Positions 38,674 to 49,800 of a stretch of DNA of 64,000 nt are shown one piece after another. The translations under genes and the position numbers were made by a program. How positions within the stretch are numbered: position 1 is the stretch's first letter; each line of letters opens with the position of its first letter. Source of the stretch: an uncultured Candidatus Sumerlaeota bacterium (lineage in GTDB: Bacteria > Sumerlaeota > Sumerlaeia > MVZB01 > JAJFLK01); assembly GCA_964463045.1 (NCBI GenBank), contig CAYXAU010000011.1:11631-75630 (forward strand), in the 5' to 3' direction. The notes below the pieces were generated by a model. It ran no database searches. It saw only the letters and a program-made list of their open reading frames with translations, and was not told the origin of the DNA.

Positions 38674-40503
38674 GTGGTGATCTGCCATACCGCCGCCAAG
38701 GGGCTGAGTCTGATGGTGCTGGCGGCCATCGGAGCCGCCGCGGCGCGCGGGCTGGACGCTCCCGGCCCCAGGGGCGCCGGGCCGGCCCAATGGATCAACG
38801 ATCTGACGCCCATCGGGCCCGAGGATTGGAGTTACGACCGGGCGGCGCATTTGCTGGAACGGGCGGGCTTCGGCGGGCGGCCGGAGGAAATCGCTCGCCT
38901 GGCCTCGATGACCCCGAAGGCCGCCGTCGCCTTCCTCGTCGATTACGAAGCGATCGACAACTCTCATCTCCCTCCCTTCGACGAATCGGGGATCTTTGAT
39001 CCAGCGATGGAGCCCTTCCCGGAAAGCCGCGCCGAGGCCGTCCGCCAGGGGCTGGAACGGGGCCAATCCATGGGCGTCAAGGTCCGCCCGTCGGGGGAGT
39101 ATCGCCTGCAGCCGATCGTCAACCGCTACTTCTATCGGCTCTCGGCGGCGCGGTTGGAAATTCGTCGTGCGGCTCAATGGTGGGCCGGTCGCATGCTGAA
39201 CACCCGGCGGCCGCTGGAAGAAAAGCTCTGCCTGTTCTGGCACGGTCACTTCGCCACTTCCGACGCCAAGGTCAACGATTATCGCAAAATGCTTATCCAG
39301 CTTGAGACGTTTCGCGCTCACGGCGCGGGCAATTTCCGCGATCTCCTGCTCGCCGTCACGCGGGACCCGGCGATGCTCGTCTATCTGGATAACGCCCAGA
39401 ACCGCAAAGGCCACCCCAACGAGAACTTCGGCCGCGAGGTGCTGGAAATGTTCTCCATGGGGCCGGGCCATTACACTGAGGACGACATTCGCGAGGCCGC
39501 CCGCGCCTTTACCGGCTGGACCGAAGAGCGGCTCCGGTTCGTCGTCCGCCCCGAGGAACACGACGACGGCGTGAAGCGCCTCTTCGGGCGGGAAGGCCGC
39601 TTCGACGGCGCCGACGTGATCGACCTGATCCTGGCGCAGCCGGCCACGGCCGAGTTCATCGCCGCCAAGTTTTACCGCTTCTTCCTCCGGGATGAGCTCG
39701 ACCCGGCCCTCCAGGCAAATCTGGCGGAGACGTTGCGCGAAAACGGCTATGAAATGAAGCCGCTGTTGCGCCGGCTCTTCCTATCGCGGGACTTCTATAG
39801 CCCAGCCTCGTGGGCCACCCAGATCAAAGGCCCCGTCCATCTGGTCGTCTCGACCTACCGGAAGCTCGGGCTCTCCGAGATCCCCGGCATCCCCGACTTC
39901 AACGCCGCCACCGGGGCCCTCGGCCAGTCGCTCTTCCATCCGCCGAGCGTGGCCGGCTGGGAGGGAGGGCGCTCTTGGCTGACGCCGGCGACGTTGCTCG
40001 AACGGGGCAATTTCACCCGCGAGGTCCTGCTGCCCGACGTCGACGGCTTCGTCCCGCCGGATCGGCGCATGCCGGGCATCTACCGCAACGTCAAAGAGCG
40101 GCTGAACGAGGGGATGGACATCAGGGCGGCCACGATGGAGGGGGACTCCGCCTTCAACACCCTGGCCCGGACGCAGGAGGACTACAACACGCGCTACGGG
40201 GCCTATTACGGATGGGCCGAGGCGTTCCGCCGGGTCAGGCCGATCCCGCGCGACGTGGCCCGCTTCAGCCTGACCGAAATGGTTCGGGGGGCCAAGGCCA
40301 CGACGCCGGCCGAGGCCGTCGAGGCCTTTGTCCGGCGGTTTCTCCTTGTTCCCCTCGACGCCGAGGAACGCCAAGCCATCGTCGAATTTCTGACCGAACG
40401 GCTCCGATCCGCCGAGTTGGACTTCGCCGATCCTTATCTCGAGGACGCCCTGCGCGAGACCCTTCACCTGATCCTCGGCTCGCCTCACTATCAGGTAGGA
40501 TGA
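38674..40503 (+). CDS. DUF1800 family protein
   Basis: DUF1800 motifs are present: LFWHGHFATS, NENFGREVLEMFSMG and TGWT. It is paired with a downstream DUF1501 gene, as is typical. Confidence 0.8.
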   Translation: MVICHTAAKGLSLMVLAAIGAAAARGLDAPGPRGAGPAQWINDLTPIGPEDWSYDRAAHLLERAGFGGRPEEIARLASMTPKAAVAFLVDYEAIDNSHLPPFDESGIFDPAMEPFPESRAEAVRQGLERGQSMGVKVRPSGEYRLQPIVNRYFYRLSAARLEIRRAAQWWAGRMLNTRRPLEEKLCLFWHGHFATSDAKVNDYRKMLIQLETFRAHGAGNFRDLLLAVTRDPAMLVYLDNAQNRKGHPNENFGREVLEMFSMGPGHYTEDDIREAARAFTGWTEERLRFVVRPEEHDDGVKRLFGREGRFDGADVIDLILAQPATAEFIAAKFYRFFLRDELDPALQANLAETLRENGYEMKPLLRRLFLSRDFYSPASWATQIKGPVHLVVSTYRKLGLSEIPGIPDFNAATGALGQSLFHPPSVAGWEGGRSWLTPATLLERGNFTREVLLPDVDGFVPPDRRMPGIYRNVKERLNEGMDIRAATMEGDSAFNTLARTQEDYNTRYGAYYGWAEAFRRVRPIPRDVARFSLTEMVRGAKATTPAEAVEAFVRRFLLVPLDAEERQAIVEFLTERLRSAELDFADPYLEDALRETLHLILGSPHYQVG

Positions 40504-40573
40504 CGGGACCGACCGACGCCGCGGGCCAACGCCTGCCCCTCCCGGACCTTGAAATGGAAGGGAAGCCGAAACC

Positions 40574-41839
40574 ATGATGCCTGAGATTATTCGAAGCCGC
40601 CCCCCCTGCTGCCGCCGGGATTTTCTTCGCGCGGGCCTGGGGGCCTTGGGCGTCGGCTCGGCGCTGCCGCTCGTGTTGCAACGGACGGCCTCGGCCTTGG
40701 CCCGGCGCGCCCTGGAAACCGAAGACGCCCCCCATCGGGAGAGAATCCTCGTCGTCATCGAGCTTTCCGGCGGCAACGACGGGCTCAACACGGTCGTCCC
40801 CTACGCCGACGACGCCTATTACCGCGCCCGCCCGACCCTCGGCATCCCTCGCCAGGAATTGATCCTCCTCGACGACCACTTCGGCTTTCACCCATCCCTG
40901 CAAGGCTTCGAGGAACTTTATAAAGACGGACGGATGGCGATCGTCCATGGCTGCGGCTACCCGCAGCCGAATCTGTCTCACTTCGTCTCCATGAGTTACT
41001 GGCACACGGGAGCCCCCAACAGCGGGGATCAACTGGGTTGGCTCGGGCGGGTGGCCGACGAACTGGAGCCGGAGCCGACGCCCAACGTGATCGTCAACAT
41101 CAGCGGCGCTCAATCGCTCGCCGTTCGCAGCCGCCGCCACGCCCCCCTGGTTTTCGACAACCCGGAGCGGTTCCGCCGCAAGGCCTCGCCGGAGCAGGCC
41201 GCCGTCTGGGAGAAACTGAGCCGGGCGGGCGCGGGGGGGCCGACGGGGCTCGATTTCGCCCGCCAGATGGCCGCCCATGCCGCCTCCGGCTCGGCGTTCG
41301 TCCGCGAGGCCTGCGCCCGATACCGGACGCCCGTCGATTACGGCCTGGCCGGCGGGCTGGCCGAGAATTTGAGGAAAGTGGCCGCGCTCATCGACGCCGG
41401 CCTCCCGGCGCGCATCTATTACGTGAGCTACGCCGGCAATGCCTTCGACACGCACGTCTTCCAGGCGGACCTCCACGCCCGGCTTCTCATGTACACGGCT
41501 GACGCCGTCCGAGGTTTCGTCCGGGACCTCGCCCGGCTCGGGTGGCTCGATGACGTCGCCGTGATGATGTTCACCGAGTTCGGCCGGCGCGTGGAAGAGA
41601 ACGCCAGTCAGGGAACCGATCACGGCACCGCCACGCCGATGTTCGTCCTGGGCGGGGGGGTCCGCGGCGGCTTCTACGGCGAGCCGCCGAGCCTCACCGA
41701 CCTCGACGACGGCAACCTGAAGATGACGACCGACTTCCGCCGCGTCTACGCCACGATGATCCACCCCTGGATGGAGCTCCCGCCCAGCGAGGCGCTCCTC
41801 AAGGGGGACTTCCCTCCCCTGGACGGAATGTTCGTCTGA
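40574..41839 (+). CDS. DUF1501 family protein (sulfatase-like fold) with Tat signal
   Basis: RRDFLRAGLGALGVGSA is a Tat motif. DUF1501 blocks are present: LVVIELSGGNDGLNTVVP, SHFVSMSYWHTG, FTEFGRR and DHGTA. Confidence 0.85.
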   Translation: MMPEIIRSRPPCCRRDFLRAGLGALGVGSALPLVLQRTASALARRALETEDAPHRERILVVIELSGGNDGLNTVVPYADDAYYRARPTLGIPRQELILLDDHFGFHPSLQGFEELYKDGRMAIVHGCGYPQPNLSHFVSMSYWHTGAPNSGDQLGWLGRVADELEPEPTPNVIVNISGAQSLAVRSRRHAPLVFDNPERFRRKASPEQAAVWEKLSRAGAGGPTGLDFARQMAAHAASGSAFVREACARYRTPVDYGLAGGLAENLRKVAALIDAGLPARIYYVSYAGNAFDTHVFQADLHARLLMYTADAVRGFVRDLARLGWLDDVAVMMFTEFGRRVEENASQGTDHGTATPMFVLGGGVRGGFYGEPPSLTDLDDGNLKMTTDFRRVYATMIHPWMELPPSEALLKGDFPPLDGMFV

Positions 41840-41873
41840 CCGGAGCGTCCGGCCGGCCGCCGGCCCCCGCGGG

Positions 41874-43958
41874 TCAGGTTGTTTCGGCGGCGACCTGGCT
41901 CTGGGCGATGATCTTCTCCTGCAGCTCGGCGGGGACCCGTTCGTAGTGGTCGAAGTCCATCTCATAGACGCCGCTGCCGCGCGTCATTGAGCGCAGGTCC
42001 CGGCTGTAGGTGAACATCTCGGCCAATGGAACCTGAGCCTTGATCAGTTGCTTTTTCCCGGCGGCCTCCATGCCCAGGATGCGCCCGCGCCGGCCGTTGA
42101 GGTCCCCCATGACGTCGCCCATATAGGTTTCCGGGATCGTCACCGTCACCAGGTAAATCGGCTCCAAGATGACCGGCCCGGCGTTGGGGAGCACGTTCTT
42201 GAAAGCGAGCGAAGCGGCCACCTTGAAGGCCAGCTCGGAGGAATCCACCGAGTGATGCGAGCCGTCGTAACAAACGGCCTTCAGGCCGACCGTCCGATGG
42301 CCGGAGAGCACGCCGTGTTCCATGGCCTCGATCAGCCCCTTCTCGACCGAGGGCTGATATTTCGTCGGGATCACGCCGCCGACGATCCCCCATTCGAATT
42401 CGAATTCGGAATCTCCCCCGAGCGGCTCGAACCGAATCCAGCAATCGCCGTACTGCCCGCGCCCGCCGCTCTGCTTCTTGTACTTGCCTTGACCCTGGGC
42501 CGTTCGCGTAATCGTCTCCCGATACGGCACTTTGGGGAAGACCAGCTCGACCTCGACCTTGGCGATCTCCTTAAGCCGCGCCACCGCCACGTCCAGATGG
42601 CCGTCGCCCATCCCCGTCAGGATCGTCTGGCGCACCTCGGGGTCCCGCGCCAGGTGAAGCGTCGGGTCGGCGTCGATGAGCTTGCGGAAGGCCAAGCCGA
42701 TTTTTTCCTCATCGGCCTTGGACTTGGGCTTGACCGCCATCCGCACGGTCGGCTTCGGCAGCGGGGCCGGGACGGCGGCCAGCCGGGATTGAGCGTCGGC
42801 CGAAAGCGTGTCCCCCGTGCGCGTGTGGTCGAGCTTGGCCACGGCGCCCAGGTCCCCCGCGGGCAGCGAGGCCACGTTCTCGAACTTCTTGCCGCAAACG
42901 TGAAGCAGGTGCGCCAGGCGCTCGCTCTTGCCCGCGTTCAGGTTGGCGAGCGAGGCTTCGCTCTGCAGGCTGCCCCGCATCACCTTGAAGAAACTCAAGT
43001 GGCCCGTATAGGGGTCCGTCACGGTCTTGAAGACGTAGATCAAGGCGGGACCGTCCGGCGCGGCCTGGATCGTTTCTATCTCGCCCGTTTCCAGGTGCTT
43101 GAGCGTCAGCGCCGTCCCCGCCGTCGGATCGGGGAATCCCTCCCGAATCAGGTCCAGAAGCGGGGCGAGCCCCTTGAGCAGGGCCGCCGAGCCGGCCAGC
43201 ACCGGCAGCAACCGCCCCTGGGCGATCGCCCCCCTGAGACCGCGCCCGATTTCCTCCTCCGTCAGCGGCTGATCTTCCAGGAACTTCTCCGTCAGCTCGT
43301 CGTCCCCCTCGGCCGAAGCCTCGACAAGTTGGGCTCGCGCGGCCCGCGCGGCCTCGGCGAGTTCCGCCGGCAGGTCGGCGTAGCTCGTCTTGCGGTCGTC
43401 TTCCTCGACGACTTTGAGCCGGATCAGATCGACGACGCCGCGGAAGCTCGGCCCTTCGCCGGCCGGCAGCGTGAGCGGGACGGCACGCCGGCCGAACGTC
43501 TCGCCCGCCTGATCCACAACACGCCGGAACGACGCCTCCTCCTTCTCCATCTTATTGACGAACACCGCGCGCGGACCCACGCCCAGCTCATCGGCATACT
43601 CGCGGAAAAACTCCGTCCCGACCTCGACGCCGGCGACGGCGTCGACGACGAACAGCGTCGCGTCAGCGACGCGCAGGCAGCCCTTGGCCTCGCCGACAAA
43701 GTCCCGCCGCCCCGGCAGGTCCAGCAGGTTGATCTTGCACGGGCCGGCCTCGATCGGGATCAACGCCGCGTTGATCGAATGCCGCCGACGGATTTCCTCA
43801 GGATCATAGTCGGCGACCGTCGTCCCGTCGTCCACGCGCCCCAGCCGCTCCGTCACCTTCTGCGCGTAGAGGAGCGCCTCGGCCAGCGAGGTCTTCCCCG
43901 CCCCGGAATGCCCGACCAGGGCGACGTTGCGAATCTGCGCGGTTTCGAACGACTTCAA
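41874..43958 (-). CDS. Elongation factor G family GTPase (EF-G paralog, not in an rpsG/tuf context)
   Basis: G1 VGHSGAGKTS, the DLPG G3 motif and NKMEKE (NKxD) are present. Full EF-G domain II-V architecture, 694 aa. Confidence 0.85.
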   Translation of the reverse strand: MKSFETAQIRNVALVGHSGAGKTSLAEALLYAQKVTERLGRVDDGTTVADYDPEEIRRRHSINAALIPIEAGPCKINLLDLPGRRDFVGEAKGCLRVADATLFVVDAVAGVEVGTEFFREYADELGVGPRAVFVNKMEKEEASFRRVVDQAGETFGRRAVPLTLPAGEGPSFRGVVDLIRLKVVEEDDRKTSYADLPAELAEAARAARAQLVEASAEGDDELTEKFLEDQPLTEEEIGRGLRGAIAQGRLLPVLAGSAALLKGLAPLLDLIREGFPDPTAGTALTLKHLETGEIETIQAAPDGPALIYVFKTVTDPYTGHLSFFKVMRGSLQSEASLANLNAGKSERLAHLLHVCGKKFENVASLPAGDLGAVAKLDHTRTGDTLSADAQSRLAAVPAPLPKPTVRMAVKPKSKADEEKIGLAFRKLIDADPTLHLARDPEVRQTILTGMGDGHLDVAVARLKEIAKVEVELVFPKVPYRETITRTAQGQGKYKKQSGGRGQYGDCWIRFEPLGGDSEFEFEWGIVGGVIPTKYQPSVEKGLIEAMEHGVLSGHRTVGLKAVCYDGSHHSVDSSELAFKVAASLAFKNVLPNAGPVILEPIYLVTVTIPETYMGDVMGDLNGRRGRILGMEAAGKKQLIKAQVPLAEMFTYSRDLRSMTRGSGVYEMDFDHYERVPAELQEKIIAQSQVAAETT

Positions 43959-44128
43959 ATCCCTCAGCCTCCGGGACCCGCTCCCGCCCTGGCGGGGCGC
44001 TCAGCCGGAACCTCCAGCCACCGGCGTGCGAAGATCCGGCGCGATCATAGGGTCGGCCTCCGTCTCTGGCAAGACCCTTGAGCCGAGAACGCCTCCGGCG
44101 GCCCTTTCGCCGACCGAAGCGGCCGGCT

Positions 44129-45151
44129 TCAGGACCCCGATCGGCGGGCCGCTGAGCTTCGCGCGGGGACCCCCGGGCGCGAGACGCGCGCCGCGGCCTT
44201 GCGTTCGATCACGCTTTGGATTCGCAAATCGAAATCGCGGGCGACGTTCACCCCGCGGGCCCGCAACCGTTGCGTCAACGCCGAGACCTCGATCAGTTGG
44301 GAAATATTCCGGCCCGGCTCGACCGGCAGGACGATCTGCGGCACGCGCGCGTCGCAAAGCGTGATGAACTGCTCGGCCAACCCCAGCCGTTCGTATTCCT
44401 TCTCCGGATCCCACGTCTCAAGCTGGATCACGAGAGCGATTTCACTCTCCTCCCGGACGGATCGGGCCCCGAACAACCGCTCCACGTCGATGATCCCGAT
44501 GCCGCGGATTTCCATATGGTGTCGCAAGTGCGGCGAAGGCTCAGCGTAGAGCCGTCCCCGCCCCGTGCGCCGGACGATCACCACGTCGTCGGCGATCAAG
44601 AGATGCCCCCGTTCCACCAGATCCAGGCCGCATTCGCTCTTGCCGACGCCGCTTTTCCCCTGGATCAAGACCCCCAGACCGAAAACCTCCACCATGACGC
44701 CGTGAACGACCCATCGCGGGGCGAGCCGCCGTTCCAGATACTGCCCCAACTCGGCCTGGAACGACGTCGTCAGGTGATTCGTCCGCAGGAGCGCAATGCG
44801 TTGCTTCTTGGCAATCCGGATCAGCTCCAGCGGCACCGGCAGCGAGCGCGTGATTACGAAGCACGGCACCGACAACTCGAACGTCCGCCTTAGCCGTCGA
44901 TTTCGCTCCCGAATGGACAAGCTTTGCAGGTACGAAATCTCCGTCAGCCCGATAAGCTGGATGCGATCGGTGGAGAAAACTTCGTAAAAGCCGGCGAGCG
45001 CCAGACCGGGCCGGTTGAGCTCAAACGTCGTGATCAGCCGCTCAAGCCCGTCCTTCCCCGCCAGCAGCTCCAGCTCCCACTCGGCCCCCCGCGCCTCCAA
45101 TAACTCCCCGACCGTGATCGGAGCGATCGTCCTGGCGGTCTCAGGGGTCAT
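44129..45151 (-). CDS. hprK: HPr kinase/phosphorylase
   Basis: The P-loop GKSGVGKSE and the HprK C-terminal signature LRHHMEIRGIGIIDVERLFG are present. Confidence 0.85.
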   Translation of the reverse strand: MTPETARTIAPITVGELLEARGAEWELELLAGKDGLERLITTFELNRPGLALAGFYEVFSTDRIQLIGLTEISYLQSLSIRERNRRLRRTFELSVPCFVITRSLPVPLELIRIAKKQRIALLRTNHLTTSFQAELGQYLERRLAPRWVVHGVMVEVFGLGVLIQGKSGVGKSECGLDLVERGHLLIADDVVIVRRTGRGRLYAEPSPHLRHHMEIRGIGIIDVERLFGARSVREESEIALVIQLETWDPEKEYERLGLAEQFITLCDARVPQIVLPVEPGRNISQLIEVSALTQRLRARGVNVARDFDLRIQSVIERKAAARVSRPGVPARSSAARRSGS

Positions 45152-45362
45152 GGGAGGACCGGGCCGGGCGAGCGAGCCTCCCCTCGGCGGCTCACGACAA
45201 GTTACGCCGTTCCGGCTTCAAAGATCAAACCGATCGGCGGCGGCCCGGCACGCGCCGGACCGGACGGCCGGCCCCCCCTTGCGCCCGGGACTTGAACTCC
45301 CCCCCTGCCCTGAAAAAGACTGGTCCGGCGCGGCGCGATCGACGCCGTCGGAGGTTCACCCC

Positions 45363-46865
45363 TTGACGCGACTTCTCGTGTTGGGGACGGGCCCGCTGAT
45401 CGAGCCCGGCATGAGGCTCTTCAGCGCTCACTGCCTGAGAACGTCTCACTTTGTCGAGCCCTTGCGAGAGGCGGGTCATGAAGTCCGCCTCTTCACGCTG
45501 CCCATCCCCGCCGAGGACCCCGCCACTCAGATTCAGGCCGGCGTCGAAGAACGCCGATTCGGAGCGTTCGCCTACGTCAACTTCCGCAATAACAACGACG
45601 CCTATAACCTGGAGCGTCTGGCCGAGGCGGCCCGCGCCTTCCAGCCTCAGGCCTTGCTCGCCGTCAATTCTTATCCCTGCGCGCTTCTGTCGCGTCTGCC
45701 ATGGCAGGCGCCGCTCTGGGCCGATCTCAACGGCTCGGTCGTCGTCGAGGGCCAGGTCAAAGCCGCCGTCGAGGCCGACGACGCCAACCTCGGGCTCTAT
45801 TGGGCCATGGAAGAGGCGGCGCTGCGCCGGGCCGACAAGTTCTCCGTCGTCTCTCGCCGGCAGCTTTATTTCCTCTACGGCGAGCTGGCCGCCGTCGGGC
45901 GGCTCAATCGCTTCACGGCCGGCTACGCCTTCGCCCATCACGTTCCCAACGCTGTCAATCCTTTCTTCGCCCGGCAGCCGGGCCCGACGGCCGGGTCGGA
46001 GCGCCGGCTCCGGGGGCGGCTCGTCCCGGAGACGGCCTTCATCACGCTCTGGAGCGGCGGCTACAACACGTGGACCGACCTGGAGACGCTCCTCACCGGC
46101 TTGGAACGCGCCATGGCCGCCTGCCCCGAGATGCATTACGTCTCGACCGGCGGCGGGATCCGCGGCCACCACGAAGCCACCTATGACCGCTTCCAGACGC
46201 GCGTCCGCCGGTCTCCCTTCGCCGATCGGTTCCATCTGCTGGGCTGGGTGGAGGCCGCCGATCTGCCGGGGATTTACGCCGAGGCTGACCTCGGGCTCTG
46301 CATCGACGCGCCCAACACGGAAACCACCTTCGGCGCGCGCAATCGCTCGATCAACATGGCGGCCGCCGGTCTGCCCGTCCTCGCCTGTGAAGGGGCTGAG
46401 ATCAGCGAGGAGATGCTGGCCGCGGGCGTAGCGCTCGGCTGTCGGCTGGGCGAACCGGAGGATTTCGCGCGGGCGCTCATCGCCGCCTGCCGGGACCGCG
46501 AGAACCTGCCGGCGCTGGGGGCGAAGGGGCGCGCCTACGTGCTCGAGCAGTTCAACGCGCATCGAACGGTCGAGGCCCTCCTGGCGTGGGTCCGATCGCC
46601 CGCCTTCGCTCCCGATCATGCCCGCCGCATCGAATCCGCCCCGGCCGGAACCGATCCCTTCGCGTTTCCCATGAACCCGATCGAGGAACGGTGGGCCCGG
46701 CAGGCGACCGCAACCCCGGGCGGCGGCCATCCCACGCGGAACAGTTGGGCGGGCGTTTTCAAGCGAGGGCTCCGAACGGCCCTCGGCCCCGCAGCTTACG
46801 AACGCCTGCGCCGCCTCAAGCGCCGGCGCAGCGACGGCTCCGATCCCGGCGCGGCTCACTCATAA
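45363..46865 (+). CDS. Glycosyltransferase family 4-like (GT-B retaining)
   Basis: C-terminal GT4 features are present (HLLGWVEAADLPGIYAEADLGLC..., AAAGLPVLACEGAEISE). Start is tentatively TTG 45363 (MTRLLVLGTGPL); ATG 45408 is an alternative. Confidence 0.65.
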   Translation: MTRLLVLGTGPLIEPGMRLFSAHCLRTSHFVEPLREAGHEVRLFTLPIPAEDPATQIQAGVEERRFGAFAYVNFRNNNDAYNLERLAEAARAFQPQALLAVNSYPCALLSRLPWQAPLWADLNGSVVVEGQVKAAVEADDANLGLYWAMEEAALRRADKFSVVSRRQLYFLYGELAAVGRLNRFTAGYAFAHHVPNAVNPFFARQPGPTAGSERRLRGRLVPETAFITLWSGGYNTWTDLETLLTGLERAMAACPEMHYVSTGGGIRGHHEATYDRFQTRVRRSPFADRFHLLGWVEAADLPGIYAEADLGLCIDAPNTETTFGARNRSINMAAAGLPVLACEGAEISEEMLAAGVALGCRLGEPEDFARALIAACRDRENLPALGAKGRAYVLEQFNAHRTVEALLAWVRSPAFAPDHARRIESAPAGTDPFAFPMNPIEERWARQATATPGGGHPTRNSWAGVFKRGLRTALGPAAYERLRRLKRRRSDGSDPGAAHS

Positions 46866-49800
46866 AGCGCCCACCGCCGGGCCCGATTCGGCGGCTCGGT
46901 CGGGATCGGCGTCGGCGAAGGCGTCGGGCCCGTCTTCGAAATCGTGAGCACCGACCCCACCGGCGTGGGGCTGCCGATCGTGTAGACCAGCGTCACCTGG
47001 GTCAACTGCGTCGTCCCCACGAGCGCCGGACGTTCCGGCGGGCACAACGTTACCTGGATCGTCTGGCCAGGCTGTCCCGCGCCGGTCAGGTCAGCGGCCA
47101 CGAGCCAGGTGCGGGTCGTCCCCGATACATAGGTCTCCTGCAGCCCCGAAAATACCACGGGGCCGTCGTTGGCGCTGATCGTTGTCGAGCGGATCAGCAC
47201 GTCGCCGGCGGGATTGACCAACCCGTCGCCGTTATCGAGATAGAGGTGAACGGCGGTCACTCCGGTCGTTTCATCGACCGTGCCGGCGGCGCAGAGGGCC
47301 AGCTCCGTGATCGTCACGGCCTCCAGGTTGGACACCACCTGAACGGCGAGCTGCATGAGAGAGGCTTGCTGCTGATTCGGGAAAACGAAGTGATTGGGCT
47401 GGTTGTTGGACCCGCGCTTGAGCGTCACGCGACCGTTGCTGAGCGTGACGACGCGCCCGCTGATCGCTTCGGCCGGGTTGGCCGTCACCGAGCCGGCCTG
47501 ATCATTGAGCGTGACGACGACGGGGGCCCCCGTCAGCCCACCGGACCCGATCACGGCGCCTGCGTTCTCCAGGTTGAACTGAAGCGTCTGGCCCACGACG
47601 GCGTTGGCCGGGTTGAGCGCGATGTCGAAAGAAAGCTGGTTCCCGGAGTTTCCCCCCGCCGCGACCCGGAAGTTGAGCCCCCGCATCATGGCCAGACCGT
47701 CGTCGGTCGTGAACTGGCCCACCCCGATAGTCGTTGTGCTGCCGCTCTGACGCCGGTTCAGGATGACGGCCCCGTTCTCCGACACGCGCGTCTCGTCGGC
47801 CGTCCCGGCTCCCCGAAGGCGGACCTCGTTCAGCACGATCTCCTCGGTCCGCGTGGCCGTCAGCCGAAAGGGCTGAATCTGCGCGCTGCCGCCGGCGGGG
47901 ATGGGCAGAATGAAACCGTCGGGATCATCAAATCGCACGTTCAGCGTCCCCGGTCCGAACCGAATCGTCGGATTGAGGAACGGCGTCTCGGGCAGCATCG
48001 TTTCGATCGGCAGGCCGCTACTCACGCCGAATACTTCAAGATCGGCGATGGCGAACGTGAGGTCGATCGTCGTGCCCAGTTGGGCCGTCCCGCTGCCCGT
48101 CAGCGCCACGCGGATATCGGCCGGGGCCCCCTCGCTGGTCAGTGTGATGGTCCCGGGCAGGTCGGCCAGGCGGACCTGCCCGTTATCGGCGTTAAAGGAC
48201 CCGCCGGCGATCCGATTCTGCGAGATGATCGTCCCCTTAAAGAGTTCGACGCCCATGTCGGCCAGGGCCAGGTGGTCCATCGCCGTCCCGGAGACCCGGA
48301 GCGTCAGGCCGCGGAAGAAGATGTCCTCGACGGCCGTGGCTGACATGTCCAGACGCATCACCTCATAGCGGACCGCCGACGGGGCCATCACGATCACGGG
48401 CACGTTATCCGGGTCATTATAAAACCCGCCGTCCCGGGCCACTCGCACCGCCCCCCGCTGGATCGTGACGACGCTCCCCGTCAGCGGCGGCAACGTCGGG
48501 TACGTGATCTCGAAGCCGACCTGATAGGGAACGAGGCTGCAGGCGCCGCTGGCCGTCAGGTCGCCGGTCGACTCCAGGGCGAACTGGATCGTGGCCCCGT
48601 CCGGCGCCGTCGGCTCCAGATCGACGGTAAGGAGAAACTGATCATAGCGGGGAATGCCGAAAGGAAACGTGTGGACGGTGTTCCCGAAGCCGCTGACGTA
48701 ATCCGGCTCACGGAAGACGATCCCCCCGTTATCCTGCGCGGGTGGGTCCAGGACGGCCCAGAGACGCTCTCCCCGCTCGGTCGTGTCCAACCGCCCGTTG
48801 CGATTGGTGTCGATGTAGATCTTGATGCCTTGCGGGCGGATGTGGAGCGCTTCATTGAGCGTCCCCACCGGCCGGAGCCGAAGCTCATCAATAGCGACGT
48901 CCTCGAGGACCGAGGTTCTCAGCCCCAGAGCGAAAACCTCGACGTCGGTCGCGTTGGGGGGCGTCGTCGTCCGTTCGATGGGCTGAAGCGTGACGTCGAG
49001 CGTCCCCTTGTCGAACGTCATCGTGGGGCCGGAATCGTCCCCCGGCGGGTTCGAGACCTCAAGCGGCCGGCCGCTGCGCGCGCCGACCCCTTCCAGCACG
49101 AGAGGCCCCGCCATGTGAATCTGGACGTTTCGCCCGAGCTGGGCCTGAGCCACGGCGGGCTCGGGGGCCGCAAAGCCCAACCCGACGGTCAGTTCGAACA
49201 GCGCGTTCTTGGCCACCGTCCCCTGATCCCGCGACGGCCCCGGAAAATGCTGAAACTCGATCACGCCTTCGCCGTTGTCCGTGGCGACCGGCGAAGAAGC
49301 CACGTGCACGCCGAACGGCGTCGACGTCAGCACCCCCTCGTTCGTGTCGATGAAGAAATTGCGGTTGCGGTCGTTCCAGGCGACGCCGCCGGCGATGAAC
49401 TGCGCGTCATCGAGCGTCCCCGTGACCTGAAACCGGACGCGGTTGAGGATGATGTCCTCCCCTTGAGGCGTCCGGAACACCAGTCCCATGAGGCCGTAGG
49501 TGCCGTTTATGCAGCCCAACACTTGCGTCCCTCGACCGTAATGGGCGAGCTCGACGCGAGGGTTGAGAAACGTTCGGGAGACCGACGCCGGGAAGGTCGG
49601 GGCCGTGAAGCGCGCCTGCGCGGTGCTGGCGACCCCCACGGCCATCACGTCGTCGTTGGCCGCCACGCCGATCATGAAGGTTTCTGTTCCATCGCCGGCC
49701 AGCGTTTGGCTGAAATCGGCGAAAATACCGAATCGCTGGCTGGCTCGCTTGGCGATCGTGATCCCCTCCATCTCAGGGACGATCCATTCGACGACGTAAG

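Noticed and set aside
46856-46930. C-terminus of the giant surface protein as a PEP-CTERM or LPXTG sorting signal
   Set aside because: The tail is PT-rich linker followed by NRARRWALYE. It has no PEP motif plus TM helix and no LPXTG, so no sortase/exosortase signal is claimed.
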